64,000 bases of DNA. Source: Bacteroidales bacterium UBA5833. GTDB lineage: Bacteria; Bacteroidota; Bacteroidia; Bacteroidales; Lentimicrobiaceae. Positions 27,846-37,387 of the stretch are shown here, piece by piece. The stretch's first letter is position 1, and the number at the start of each line of letters is the position of its first letter. Both the position numbers and the translations under genes were made by a program. The notes under the pieces were generated by a model. It ran no database searches, was not told where the DNA came from, and saw nothing but the letters and a program-made list of their open reading frames with translations. Where the stretch lies: assembly GCA_002433025.1 (NCBI GenBank), contig DJGZ01000051.1, positions 2,393 to 66,392 on the forward strand, written 5' to 3'.

Positions 27846-29282
27846 ATGAAACCCTGGAAAATTGCGCTGTTTATTTTGCTGGTAATGGGCGGGCTTCTGC
27901 TGGCCACCCTCTTCAGCCGTCCGGTAAACCTTCCGGGAATGCGCAGTGAAGACGGGTTTGCCGGCGGAAAATTTCTGATCAAATATCCAACCCTTAACAC
28001 CTTTCTGGAAACCGGCGCCCCTGTAATGAATACCCGGGTGGATTCCGTAATCACCCTTGCCGGGAAACCCGACGGGGAACTGCGGACCTCTCCTCCTGAT
28101 TTTTCATCCATTGATACCGCAGGGCTTGAGCGGATTGTTTATCCCGCCGGGGATCCCGGATTTCCTGTTCGTCTCCGCGCTTTGTTTGAAGGTGAATCAT
28201 GCAGGATTCTGCATTACGGCGATTCACAGCTCGAAGGCGACCGCATATCCGGTTACCTGCGGCAGCGGCTGCAAGCCATTTTTGGTGGCAGCGGTCCGGG
28301 ATTCATTCCCATAAAACAGGTTTACGAACAGATGGCCGCCCACGTTACCGTGAGCGATAACTGGGAACGCCTGGCAGCATTTGATCCCACACAGGAGCCT
28401 GTCGGCGATAAAAATTACGGACTGTACGCTTCATTTTCAAGATTTTCAGGAAATCCGTCGCCTTCTTCCGATTCATCCGCCGGCAAAAAAATGCCCCCGA
28501 AATCCACTTTTATACGGATAAATCCATCTTACAGCACCTACCCTGCCCTGAGGAGATTCAATACAATTGGCCTTCATTACGGAAATGCAGATACTCCTGT
28601 GAAAGTTGTAGTACGTTCGGGCGACTCCGTTGTTAATGAAACTGCCCTGATTGCCGATGGGGCGTATCATTGCCTTGAAATCCGCCCGGGCGGCACCCCG
28701 GAGGAGCTGACTTTTATTTTTGGAGGCGGATCAAGCCCTGATTTCTACGGCCTTACCCTCGACGGAGAAAAAGGAATCAGCCTGGACAATATCGCCATGC
28801 GCGGGGCCTCGGGCACCGTTTTCAGCAGGTTGAATCCCGATGCTTTCAGAGCTATGGCCGGACGCCTGAAACCGGAAGTGCTGATTTTTCAATATGGTGG
28901 AAATACCGTGCCATATATGAATGATTCTGCTGCCATTGATGAATACACACGATTCCTTACCGGAAACATCCGATGGGTGAAGAGGCAGATTCCTGATGCC
29001 CTGGTTCTTTTTATCGGACCGGGCGATATGAGTACTATGGTTAACGGAAATATGGTAACCTATCCCCTCCTGCCCTATCTGGATGTGAAGCTCAGGGAGG
29101 CCTGCAGCAGCAACGGATGGGCTTTCTGGAGCATGTTCAGGGCTATGGGCGGGGAAAATGCCATGCCGGCATGGGTTGATCAGGGACTTGCCGCTACCGA
29201 TTACACACACTTTTCACCCAAAGGCTCCCGGCTGATTGCTGAACTCTTTTTTACTTCACTCTACCTCGACCTGATGCGATGA
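27846..29282 (+). CDS. secreted SGNH/GDSL-like hydrolase or acyltransferase
   Basis: 478-aa ORF with a signal anchor, block I HYGDSQLEGD, block III-like QYGGNTVP and block V DYTHFSPKG. Its stop overlaps the next start (ATGA). Confidence 0.7.
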   Translation: MKPWKIALFILLVMGGLLLATLFSRPVNLPGMRSEDGFAGGKFLIKYPTLNTFLETGAPVMNTRVDSVITLAGKPDGELRTSPPDFSSIDTAGLERIVYPAGDPGFPVRLRALFEGESCRILHYGDSQLEGDRISGYLRQRLQAIFGGSGPGFIPIKQVYEQMAAHVTVSDNWERLAAFDPTQEPVGDKNYGLYASFSRFSGNPSPSSDSSAGKKMPPKSTFIRINPSYSTYPALRRFNTIGLHYGNADTPVKVVVRSGDSVVNETALIADGAYHCLEIRPGGTPEELTFIFGGGSSPDFYGLTLDGEKGISLDNIAMRGASGTVFSRLNPDAFRAMAGRLKPEVLIFQYGGNTVPYMNDSAAIDEYTRFLTGNIRWVKRQIPDALVLFIGPGDMSTMVNGNMVTYPLLPYLDVKLREACSSNGWAFWSMFRAMGGENAMPAWVDQGLAATDYTHFSPKGSRLIAELFFTSLYLDLMR

Positions 29283-30571
29283 GAAAACTATTGATTATAC
29301 TGCTGATTTTTGCCCTTTGCCTTCATGCACAGGCACAGCATTACATACTCGACAGCATCCGGCAGGTGCACGGGCAGATTATTGATGAAGAGTATAATAC
29401 ATTTGCATACGCAGATTCATCGCATAGTTTCAGGGTCTTCTTCAGCAAACTCGACAGTCTGTTTGAAGGTCATGAGAAAAACATTCAGATCTTTCACATA
29501 GGCGGCTCTCACATTCAGGCCGATATATATTCGAACAAGGTCAGGGAATACCTTAGAAATATTACACCATTTACCAATGGCCCCAGAGGCCTGATTTTCC
29601 CCTACCGCCTTGCCGGGACAAACAATCCGCTCAATTACAGCATAAAGGGGAACCGGGAACTGTGGAAAGGATTCCGTTCATCGGTCAGCCGAGATACGGC
29701 AATATGGGGTTTGAGCGGCATTGCCGCAACCCTGAATGCGCACGAAGATACCATCCGGATAAAGGCCAACCACAAAGAAAGGGCTAAAAATCCTTACACA
29801 TTCAATAAAATCCGGCTTTTTGCAGTTGCGGATTCCTCGGGATACAGCATCACTCCCGCCGATACCGCCCTGGTTTTCACCGGAATTTCGTTTGACCCGG
29901 CAAAAGGATATTGCGAGATATCGTTACCCGACACCATTTCAGAGGCCGGAATGGTAATCCGTAAAAACGACACGAGCGAAAGGGCTTTTTTCAGCATCAC
30001 CGGTGTGGAGCTGCTGAACGATTTTCCCGGAATCAGCTACAGTTCAATTGGTGTTAACGGAGCCAGTTTCAGAAGTTATAACCGGTGTACCCTGTTTTAT
30101 GAACAACTGAAGCTTTATAAACCTGATCTGTTCATTATATCCATCGGCACAAACGATGCAGCAGTTAAAAATTTTGATCCGGAGAAATACAGGAATTACT
30201 ACGATTCCCTGATTTTGGCCATACAGGCTATAAACCCGGAATGTGCCATACTGCTGACTGTCCCCAACGATTCCTATTACCGGAAAAAGTATCCGAATAA
30301 AAACACCGCCCTGCAACAAACCGTTATACATGAACTTGCCCGGAAACACGGACAGGCGGTTTGGGACTTCTATGCCATAATGGGCGGACTGGGATCATCG
30401 CAGCGATGGTATAACCGAAAACTGATGGTACACGACCGGGTGCATTTTACCGCCGCGGGCTATAGCGTGAAAGGCGATTTGCTTATTACAGCGCTGATCT
30501 CACAATGGGAAAAAACAACGGGACGGCAACCCGCATCCCTCCTTCAACTGATCAAAGACATCCATGAATAG
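29279..30571 (+). CDS. secreted SGNH/GDSL-like protein, second paralogue
   Basis: 430-aa ORF with a signal peptide, variant block I HIGGSHIQ, block III SIGTNDA and block V DRVHFTAAG. It overlaps the MBOAT gene by 8 nt. Confidence 0.7.
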   Translation: MRKLLIILLIFALCLHAQAQHYILDSIRQVHGQIIDEEYNTFAYADSSHSFRVFFSKLDSLFEGHEKNIQIFHIGGSHIQADIYSNKVREYLRNITPFTNGPRGLIFPYRLAGTNNPLNYSIKGNRELWKGFRSSVSRDTAIWGLSGIAATLNAHEDTIRIKANHKERAKNPYTFNKIRLFAVADSSGYSITPADTALVFTGISFDPAKGYCEISLPDTISEAGMVIRKNDTSERAFFSITGVELLNDFPGISYSSIGVNGASFRSYNRCTLFYEQLKLYKPDLFIISIGTNDAAVKNFDPEKYRNYYDSLILAIQAINPECAILLTVPNDSYYRKKYPNKNTALQQTVIHELARKHGQAVWDFYAIMGGLGSSQRWYNRKLMVHDRVHFTAAGYSVKGDLLITALISQWEKTTGRQPASLLQLIKDIHE

Positions 30572-32222
30572 GCTGAAGGAAATATTTGCCTTTTCCGATG
30601 AGTTCCCACTCATCTTTACCCAGGCCGACTTCTGGATTTTTTTCACGGCATTATACCTTATTTTCCCGCTGATATACAAGCGCATAAAACTGCGCAATAC
30701 TTACCTCCTGCTGGTTTCTTTGTTCTTCTACTACAAGACCAGCGGACTGTTTGTCGGGCTGCTTGTCTTTACCACCATCAGTAACTTTTACCTGGGTGCA
30801 GGTATCTTCAACGCGCGCGCGAAAGCCCTGAAACTAAGCCTGCTTTCGCTGAGTGTTGCACTTAATCTGTTTATCCTCAGCTATTTCAAATATTCTTATT
30901 TCATCGTCGACTCACTCAATTATCTTTTCGGAACCAGTTACCATGTATCGCACTGGCTGGCGGAATGGGGCAACAGTATCAGCAATGAAGGATATTTCAC
31001 GGTTGATAAAATCATTCTTCCGATCGGGATTTCATTTTACCTTTTTCAAACGATAACTTATTGTGTCGACATATACCATGGCAAGCTCAAACCCCTGGAC
31101 TCGGTGGCTGAATTCGGGCTGTTTGTGACATTTTTCCCGCAACTGGTTGCAGGGCCCATTGTCCGGGCCGGAGAATTTATCCCGCAGATCAGCAAACCGA
31201 CCGTTATTTCGGCTGCTGATTTTAATTCAGGAACCTTTATGATCCTGAAAGGGCTGCTCAAGAAAATGATTTTTGCCGATTACCTGGCCATGCATTTCAT
31301 GGACAAGGTGTTTGATGCTCCGGCCATGTTTTCGGGTTTTACCAACATAATGGCCCTTTTCGGATATTCCCTTCAGATTTACGGTGACTTTTCGGGTTAT
31401 ACCGATATTGCCATCGGCCTGGCGCTGCTGATGGGTTTCCGCCTTCCGGTTAACTTCAACTCTCCCTACAAGGCGCAGAATACCTCCGATTTCTGGAGGC
31501 GTTGGCATATCTCGCTTTCCTCTTTCCTCAGGGATTATCTTTACATCCCGCTGGGCGGCAACCGCAATGCAACCACCGCCACCGTTGTGATTTCGGTGCT
31601 GATCCTTGCCGGATCCATCCTTGCTTTCAGGGATAAAACTGTTGGGATAACAATCTCAGCCGCCGTTATTATGTTTGTTTCCCTGGCGTTGGCTTTCAAA
31701 GGGATGCGAAAGCATTTCGTGATGAATATCAACATTATGCTTACCATGCTGATCGGCGGATTGTGGCACGGAGCGTCCTGGAAATTTGTGATCTGGGGAG
31801 GGCTGAACGGACTGGGAATCCTCACCTACAAGTACTGGCGGCGCATCAGTCCGTGGGAAAAGTCGGAACACCGGGCTGCCGTGGTGTGGAAAATCATGCT
31901 GACCTTCACCTTCATAACCTTTACCCGCCTGTACTTCAGGGGCGAAAGCATGGAACACATTGCCGCCTGGTACCGTCAGGTTGCCGGCAATATGGACTGG
32001 AGCAGCGCGCTGCAAGTACTTTACCAGTACCGGATCGTTTTTGTCATTATGCTGTTTGGATACATCACCCACTGGCTGCCCGTAAGAACCAGGGAAAGCA
32101 TTGAAAACCTCTGGGCAAAAAGCCCGCTGGCACTGAAAGGTATTATTGCAGTAATCACCGGTATTGTCTGTTACCAGGCTTACTCTGCAAGTTTTCAGCC
32201 GTTTATCTATTTTCAGTTTTAA
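30564..32222 (+). CDS. MBOAT-family membrane O-acyltransferase (AlgI/DltB/PatA-like)
   Basis: 552-aa multi-pass ORF with the MBOAT signature WRRWHISLSSFLRDYLYIPLGG and a downstream GGLWHG. Confidence 0.9.
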   Translation: MNRLKEIFAFSDEFPLIFTQADFWIFFTALYLIFPLIYKRIKLRNTYLLLVSLFFYYKTSGLFVGLLVFTTISNFYLGAGIFNARAKALKLSLLSLSVALNLFILSYFKYSYFIVDSLNYLFGTSYHVSHWLAEWGNSISNEGYFTVDKIILPIGISFYLFQTITYCVDIYHGKLKPLDSVAEFGLFVTFFPQLVAGPIVRAGEFIPQISKPTVISAADFNSGTFMILKGLLKKMIFADYLAMHFMDKVFDAPAMFSGFTNIMALFGYSLQIYGDFSGYTDIAIGLALLMGFRLPVNFNSPYKAQNTSDFWRRWHISLSSFLRDYLYIPLGGNRNATTATVVISVLILAGSILAFRDKTVGITISAAVIMFVSLALAFKGMRKHFVMNINIMLTMLIGGLWHGASWKFVIWGGLNGLGILTYKYWRRISPWEKSEHRAAVVWKIMLTFTFITFTRLYFRGESMEHIAAWYRQVAGNMDWSSALQVLYQYRIVFVIMLFGYITHWLPVRTRESIENLWAKSPLALKGIIAVITGIVCYQAYSASFQPFIYFQF

Positions 32223-32265
32223 GATAAGAGTTAATCAGGACACAAAGCCAGACAGAAAAACCATT

Positions 32266-33345
32266 TTATTCGGACAATCGTTCCATTTCATACAGCGCAT
32301 ATACGGCAAACGTGGCCAGCCAGTGTTCCCCGGCATAGTTTCCATCGCTGATGGCGCCCAGGGAATGACGGACGTGCTGCATTGCCGCCTGTTGGAATGC
32401 CTCGCGGCTTCCGGGTTCCAGTTTTGATGCAATCATGGCATAGGCCCAGGCCCTCGAAAAATTGAGCCCGTCGAGATGAACCAGTTTACCGTCGGAACGG
32501 TCGCCTACCCTGGCCGGTTCGTCAAGAAATGCCAGGCCTCCGTCCGGACGGGTAGGCAAAAACTGATGTATCCACGAGCTGAACTCAGCTTCCGGAAGCA
32601 CCCTTGCCATCAGTTCCGCTTCGGTGAAGCAGGGGGAGAAAAAGTCAAATCCCGAAGGTTCCCACCCTATGGGGCAGTTTTCATCGCTCAGGTAAAAATC
32701 CCTTACCCGGGTAACGATCGTTGCTTCGAGGGCCTTATTTTGCGTTGTACGGGCATAATCCAGGGCGAATGCCATGCCGAATGCCGTGTTGGAGTGCTCC
32801 CCTACCCTGACGGGATAAACCAGCTTAGGCAGAAAATCCTGATAATTGCTTACAATGAGGTTAGTGAGTGGCTGAAGGGCCGATTCCCATTCCCTTGCCA
32901 GCGGATGATCCCAGGTGTGAAGCTCTTCCGCCAGTTTCAACAGCCAGGCCCATCCGTAAGGCCGCTCAAATGTGCGGTTGTTGGAGTCAAGAAAAAATTG
33001 CACCTCCACCGCGATGTTTTCCGGTCTGAGGTTCTTCGAAAGGGCTTCTTTTATTTGCGCGGCATCCGGGGAATCCGGAAACTTTTTCAGCAGTTTCACC
33101 AGCATCCAGTGGCCATGCACCGCAGAGTGCCAGTCGAAACAACCGTAAAAGGCCGGCCGGTAATCCCTTACCGGCTTCACATCCCTGTCGCTGCCCAGCA
33201 CTTCCCCGGGCTTGTTCGGATATTCCTGATGAATGCATTTAAGGGCCATATTTGAAAAATGACCGGCATTTTCCGGTGTCAGAAGAGGTTGCGCAGAGAG
33301 GCTTATGGATGAAATAATAACGAGCAGTGAAAGAATGGATTTCAT
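32266..33345 (-). CDS. secreted DUF2891-like protein
   Basis: 359-aa ORF with a signal peptide. The motif FYGCFDWHSAVHGHWML is recalled as typical of DUF2891. This has not been searched. Confidence 0.6.
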   Translation of the reverse strand: MKSILSLLVIISSISLSAQPLLTPENAGHFSNMALKCIHQEYPNKPGEVLGSDRDVKPVRDYRPAFYGCFDWHSAVHGHWMLVKLLKKFPDSPDAAQIKEALSKNLRPENIAVEVQFFLDSNNRTFERPYGWAWLLKLAEELHTWDHPLAREWESALQPLTNLIVSNYQDFLPKLVYPVRVGEHSNTAFGMAFALDYARTTQNKALEATIVTRVRDFYLSDENCPIGWEPSGFDFFSPCFTEAELMARVLPEAEFSSWIHQFLPTRPDGGLAFLDEPARVGDRSDGKLVHLDGLNFSRAWAYAMIASKLEPGSREAFQQAAMQHVRHSLGAISDGNYAGEHWLATFAVYALYEMERLSE

Positions 33346-33460
33346 AGGTTAAGAGTTTTCTGCAAAATACGGAAAATTTATGGCTGTAGAATAACATGCC
33401 GTTGTTGTTGTAAAGACAAATTACTTAATAAATAAACATTGCTAATGAGAATAATATAAT

Positions 33461-33468
33461 TATATTTG
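33461..33468 (+). promoter_or_regulatory. candidate -7 promoter box for the AAA ATPase gene
   Basis: TATATTTG fits TAnnTTTG and lies 21 nt upstream of the ATG at 33490. Confidence 0.5.
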
Positions 33469-33489
33469 CATTACTAATGGAAATAAATC

Positions 33490-34731
33490 ATGGAAAATCA
33501 TCTGTTGGAGCAAATTCTTACCGACCAGAGAAATTTGGTTGATCGCAAGGAAAGGGGAATCCGCCGTAAGGTTGACGCAGAACTGCATCTGAAATCATCC
33601 CTGATTTCTGTGATTTCAGGGGTCAGGAGATGCGGAAAATCAACGCTTACCCTGCAACTGGCCGACCAGTATCCCGACTTTCATTTCATCACTTTTGATG
33701 ATGAACGATTGATAAACTTCGGGCTCGATGACTTTAATGCGATGATCGTCCTGATGCGTGCCCAGCGCAACGCCGATGTGCTGGTACTTGACGAAATTCA
33801 GCTGGTTGACGGATGGGAAAGGTTTGTCAGAAGAATGAATGACGAAGGCGTAAAAGTCATTCTGACCGGAAGCAATGCCAGTTTGCTCAGTTCGGAGCTG
33901 GCAACACGCCTGACCGGACGTTATATCAAAACGGAGTTGTTCCCTTTTTCATTTCATGAGTATTTGATATTGAAGAATACAGATCTGGAGGATAAATCCA
34001 GCCTTAATTTGGGAAGAATCTGGAAATTCTTTGATGAATATCTTGAAAACGGCGGATTCCCGGAATATCTCAAATCGGGTAACCGCGAATTTCTGAAGAG
34101 GGTTTACGATGATGTACTTTACCGGGATCTGATCGTAAGGTTCGGGATCAGGAATTCCGCAGGTTTTAAAAACCTGGCGCAATACATTTTTACCAATTTC
34201 ACCAGCGAATTCAATCATCTTACGCTATCTAAAGTGCTGGGAATCAACAGTCCGACAAGCATTAAAGAGTACATTAACTGCCTTGCTGAAGGTTACATGA
34301 TTTTTGAGGTTGCGCGTTTCGATTATTCACTTAAAAAGCAATACACACAAAACAAGAAAATTTACGTGATTGACACGGGAATAAGAAATACCATTGCTTT
34401 CAGAACAACTGCCGATTCAGGGCGGATGCTCGAAAACCTGGTTTTTCTGGAACTCAAAAGACGCAGTCATGAAATATGGTATTATAAGACCAAACGCGAT
34501 CAGGAAACCGATTTTCTGATAAATCCAGCAAATCCGCACTTGATACAGGTTTGTTACAGTCTTCAGGATCCGGTTACCCGGAATCGCGAAATAATTTCGC
34601 TCAAAGCGTGTATGATGGAACTCGGACTAAAAGAGGGTTTGATTGTTACTATGAGTGAAGAATTTAATCTGACCGAAAATGGCCTGGAGATAAAAATTGT
34701 TCCTGCCTGGAAATGGACGCTGGGACTATGA
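33490..34731 (+). CDS. AAA-family ATPase with C-terminal DUF4143-type domain
   Basis: 413-aa ORF with Walker A GVRRCGKST and Walker B VLVLDEIQ. The layout matches the common stand-alone ATP-binding protein family of Bacteroidota. Confidence 0.8.
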   Translation: MENHLLEQILTDQRNLVDRKERGIRRKVDAELHLKSSLISVISGVRRCGKSTLTLQLADQYPDFHFITFDDERLINFGLDDFNAMIVLMRAQRNADVLVLDEIQLVDGWERFVRRMNDEGVKVILTGSNASLLSSELATRLTGRYIKTELFPFSFHEYLILKNTDLEDKSSLNLGRIWKFFDEYLENGGFPEYLKSGNREFLKRVYDDVLYRDLIVRFGIRNSAGFKNLAQYIFTNFTSEFNHLTLSKVLGINSPTSIKEYINCLAEGYMIFEVARFDYSLKKQYTQNKKIYVIDTGIRNTIAFRTTADSGRMLENLVFLELKRRSHEIWYYKTKRDQETDFLINPANPHLIQVCYSLQDPVTRNREIISLKACMMELGLKEGLIVTMSEEFNLTENGLEIKIVPAWKWTLGL

Positions 34732-34770
34732 GTAATCGGATCAGCATTATCCGGTTTAAAAACATATAAA

Positions 34771-34800
34771 AAAAGCAGCCACTGATTTGTGACTGCTTTT
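34771..34800. terminator. hairpin between the ATPase gene and tRNA-Gln, possibly a bidirectional terminator
   Basis: AAAAGCAGCCAC / GTGACTGCTTTT inverted repeat with one mismatch and a 6-nt loop. The A/T runs are part of the arms. Confidence 0.45.
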
Positions 34801-34808
34801 CGACTGTG

Positions 34809-34881
34809 TTGACCTACCAGGGGTCGAACCTGGACTCTTCTGATCCAGAGTCAGACGTGTTGCCAATTACACCATAGGTCA
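34809..34881 (-). tRNA. tRNA-Gln (anticodon CTG)
   Basis: Hand-folded 73-nt cloverleaf on the minus strand. The acceptor stem is TGACCTA/TAGGTCA, the anticodon arm is TCTGA-CTCTGGA-TCAGA and the T-arm is CCAGG-TTCGACC-CCTGG. Confidence 0.9.
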
Positions 34882-34893
34882 GTAATCGGGCTG

Positions 34894-34901
34894 CAAAAGT
34901 A
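34894..34901 (-). promoter_or_regulatory. candidate -7 promoter box for tRNA-Gln
   Basis: The reverse complement TACTTTTG fits TAnnTTTG and lies 12 nt upstream of the tRNA 5' end. Confidence 0.5.
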
Positions 34902-34953
34902 GTAAAATGTTATTTGCCTGTGCAAATTTTCAGGCAAAAAGTTCACTAAAATT

Positions 34954-36657
34954 TTAACTTTTTGCTTTTGCCCAGGAATCTTTTAACGCAACGGTGCGGT
35001 TAAAAACGGGTTTCGCGGCCGTTGTATCGCTGTCGGCGCAGAAGTAACCCAGGCGTTCAAACTGGAATTTATCCAGGGGTTTCGTATTGGCAGCGAAGGG
35101 TTCAACATAACCCCTGATCACTTTCAGTGAATCCGGATTCAGGTTTTTCTTGTAGTCCTCCCCTTCCGGCACATCTTCGGGATCTTCCGACATAAACAAA
35201 CGGTCGTAAAGCCGGATTTCCGCTTCAACGGCGTGTGCGGCGGAAACCCAGTGCAGCGTTCCTTTTACTTTGCGGTTGCTTTCGGGCCTTCCGCTCAGGG
35301 TTTCGGGATCGTAGGTGCAGTGTATCTCCGTTATTTCTCCGCTTACCGGATCTTTCACCACTGACTCGCATTTGATGATGTAGGCATATTTCAGCCTGAC
35401 CTCGCGCCCGGGAGCCAGCCTGAAAAATTTTGAAGGCGGATCTTCCATGAAATCTTCGCGTTCGATGTACAGCTCCCTGGTAAAAGGTACCTTACGGGTG
35501 CCTGCTTCCGGATCTTCCGGATTGTTTACAGCCGGCATCTCCTCGGTCAGTCCCTCAGGATAGTTGTCGATGATCAGTTTCACGGGATTGAGCACTCCCA
35601 TCACCCGCTGGGCTTTCTTGTTGAGGTCTTCCCTTATACAGAATTCCAGAAGCCCCACATCGATCACATTTTCGCGCTTGGCAACACCTACCAGATCGGA
35701 GAAATTACGGATGGATTCAGGTGTATATCCCCTGCGGCGAAGCCCCGAAATGGTCGGCATACGCGGGTCGTCCCAGCCGCTTACATAATTGTTTTTAACC
35801 AGCTCAAGCAGCTTACGCTTGCTCATCACCGTATAGGTCACGTTGAGGCGGGCAAACTCGATCTGCTGCGGGGCGAAAATCTCCAGTTCGCGAATACACC
35901 AGTCGTACAACGGACGGTGAACTTCAAACTCAAGGGTGCAGATGCTGTGCGTAATGCCTTCGATGCTGTCGCTCTGCCCGTGGGCAAAGTCGTACATGGG
36001 ATAGATGCACCACTGGTTTCCGGTGCGGTGATGCTCGGTGTGGATGATGCGGTAGAGAATGGGATCGCGCATGTGCATATTGGGCGAAGCCATATCGATT
36101 TTGGCCCGGAGTACCCGGCTGCCGTCGGGGAATTCGCCGGCTTTCATTCTGCGGAAAAGGTCCAGATTTTCTTCCGGTGTGCGGTTGCGGTAGGGGCTTT
36201 CCTGACCCGGACGGGTAGGCGTTCCTTTCTGTTCGGCAATCTGTTCTGCCGTCAGGTCGCATACATAAGCCTTCCCTTTCAGAATCAGCTTTTCGGCAAA
36301 TTCATACAGCATCGGGAAATAATCGGAGGCGTAAAACTCACGTCCCTCCCAGTCGAAACCCAGCCAGTGCACATCGTAACGGATGGAATCCACGTATTCA
36401 ACATCTTCCTTTACCGGGTTGGTATCGTCGAAACGGAGGTTGCATTTTCCGTTGTATTTCAGGGCAGTTCCGAAATTCAGGCAGATCGACTTGGCATGTC
36501 CGATGTGCAGGTATCCGTTGGGCTCCGGTGGAAAACGCGTGTGTACACGCCCGCCGTTCTTGCCGTTGCGGATATCCTCTTCAATCATCGCATGGATAAA
36601 GTTTGCCGGGGTCTTGTTTTCGCCGGTGTTTTCCGATACAGTTTTGCTGTCGCTCAT
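34954..36657 (-). CDS. glnS: glutamine--tRNA ligase
   Basis: 567-aa ORF with HIGH motif [11 protein letters not shown], a VMSKR loop and full-length GlnRS character. Confidence 0.95.
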   Translation of the reverse strand: MSDSKTVSENTGENKTPANFIHAMIEEDIRNGKNGGRVHTRFPPEPNGYLHIGHAKSICLNFGTALKYNGKCNLRFDDTNPVKEDVEYVDSIRYDVHWLGFDWEGREFYASDYFPMLYEFAEKLILKGKAYVCDLTAEQIAEQKGTPTRPGQESPYRNRTPEENLDLFRRMKAGEFPDGSRVLRAKIDMASPNMHMRDPILYRIIHTEHHRTGNQWCIYPMYDFAHGQSDSIEGITHSICTLEFEVHRPLYDWCIRELEIFAPQQIEFARLNVTYTVMSKRKLLELVKNNYVSGWDDPRMPTISGLRRRGYTPESIRNFSDLVGVAKRENVIDVGLLEFCIREDLNKKAQRVMGVLNPVKLIIDNYPEGLTEEMPAVNNPEDPEAGTRKVPFTRELYIEREDFMEDPPSKFFRLAPGREVRLKYAYIIKCESVVKDPVSGEITEIHCTYDPETLSGRPESNRKVKGTLHWVSAAHAVEAEIRLYDRLFMSEDPEDVPEGEDYKKNLNPDSLKVIRGYVEPFAANTKPLDKFQFERLGYFCADSDTTAAKPVFNRTVALKDSWAKAKS

Positions 36658-36685
36658 GCCTTGGCAGTTTTTATTTTTAAGGGTG

Positions 36686-36693
36686 CAAAGATA
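36686..36693 (-). promoter_or_regulatory. candidate -7 promoter box for glnS
   Basis: The reverse complement TATCTTTG fits TAnnTTTG and lies 28 nt upstream of the glnS ATG. Confidence 0.55.
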
Positions 36694-36702
36694 CGGAATT
36701 GC

Positions 36703-36736
36703 GATTTCGGATTTCGGATTTCGGATTTCGGATTTG
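36703..36736. repeat. heptanucleotide tandem repeat (GATTTCG)x4 plus a partial unit
   Basis: Read directly: GATTTCG GATTTCG GATTTCG GATTTCG GATTTG. It lies 10-43 nt upstream of the glnS -7 box in the glnS orientation. Confidence 0.9.
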
Positions 36737-36789
36737 CAGGAATTGTGTGATAATGACCTTACGGCAAGCCTTTAGCTGTGGTCCTTGTG

Positions 36790-37371
36790 CTAAAACCCTA
36801 GATGTTCTGTCAGTATTTTTAATCCAATACCGATAAGGATTATACCTCCCAGCAGCTCCATCCGTTTCCCGAGCCTGCTTCCTGCTTTTTTTCCGAAAAG
36901 AATGCCCAGCATCGACATGATGAAGGTGACGCTTCCTATCATCAGCACCGGAATAAGTATCGCCAGCCAAACCGGGGTTTCTGGTGTTTCGATCAGGGCA
37001 AAACTGATCCCTACTACAAAGGCATCGATGCTGGTTGCCAGCGACATGGTCAGCAGCACTGCCGGCTTTAAGGGATTGAACCCGTTCCTTTCTTCATCCG
37101 CTTTCAGGCTTTCCGTGATCATTTTAATACCCAGGAGTGACAAAAGCCCGAAGGCAATCCAATGGTCGTAGTCGGCCAGGTAGTTGCGGATGCCTGTGCC
37201 GGCGGTCCAGCCGAGCAGTGGCATAAACGCCTGAAAAAAAGCCAGGCTGAGGGCAATGATAACCGCTTTCGGAAACCGGATACCGGGCAGCATCAGTCCG
37301 CTGCTTACCGATACGGCAAACGAATCAAAAGAAAGGCTTAAGGCCAGCAGAAATAATGTAAGCAGTTCCAT
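36790..37371 (-). CDS. mntP: manganese efflux pump MntP family protein
   Basis: Six TM helices with paired motifs SFDSFAVSVSSG and SIDAFVVGISF. The start was moved from 37491 to the ATG at 37371 (MELLTLFLLALS). The extra 40 aa are not membrane-like and contain a -7 box. Confidence 0.85.
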   Translation of the reverse strand: MELLTLFLLALSLSFDSFAVSVSSGLMLPGIRFPKAVIIALSLAFFQAFMPLLGWTAGTGIRNYLADYDHWIAFGLLSLLGIKMITESLKADEERNGFNPLKPAVLLTMSLATSIDAFVVGISFALIETPETPVWLAILIPVLMIGSVTFIMSMLGILFGKKAGSRLGKRMELLGGIILIGIGLKILTEHLGF

Positions 37372-37379
37372 AATCGCGG

Positions 37380-37387
37380 CAAAAGTA
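37380..37387 (-). promoter_or_regulatory. candidate -7 promoter box for mntP (nearly leaderless)
   Basis: The reverse complement TACTTTTG fits TAnnTTTG and lies only 8 nt upstream of the ATG at 37371. Confidence 0.4.

Noticed and set aside
33346-34808. A genomic island integrated at tRNA-Gln.
   Set aside because: No integrase, no duplicated tRNA 3' segment and only one gene. There is insufficient evidence for a mobile element.
35917-36750. A 277-aa plus-strand ORF, plus several other ORFs of 200-290 aa (47080-47958, 32476-33255, 27479-28111, 55793-56584, 40210-40839).
   Set aside because: Each is antisense to, or out of frame within, a confidently identified gene (glnS, the A2M gene, the DUF2891-like gene, the YbaK-like and SGNH genes, leuS, mgtE). 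None shows a motif.
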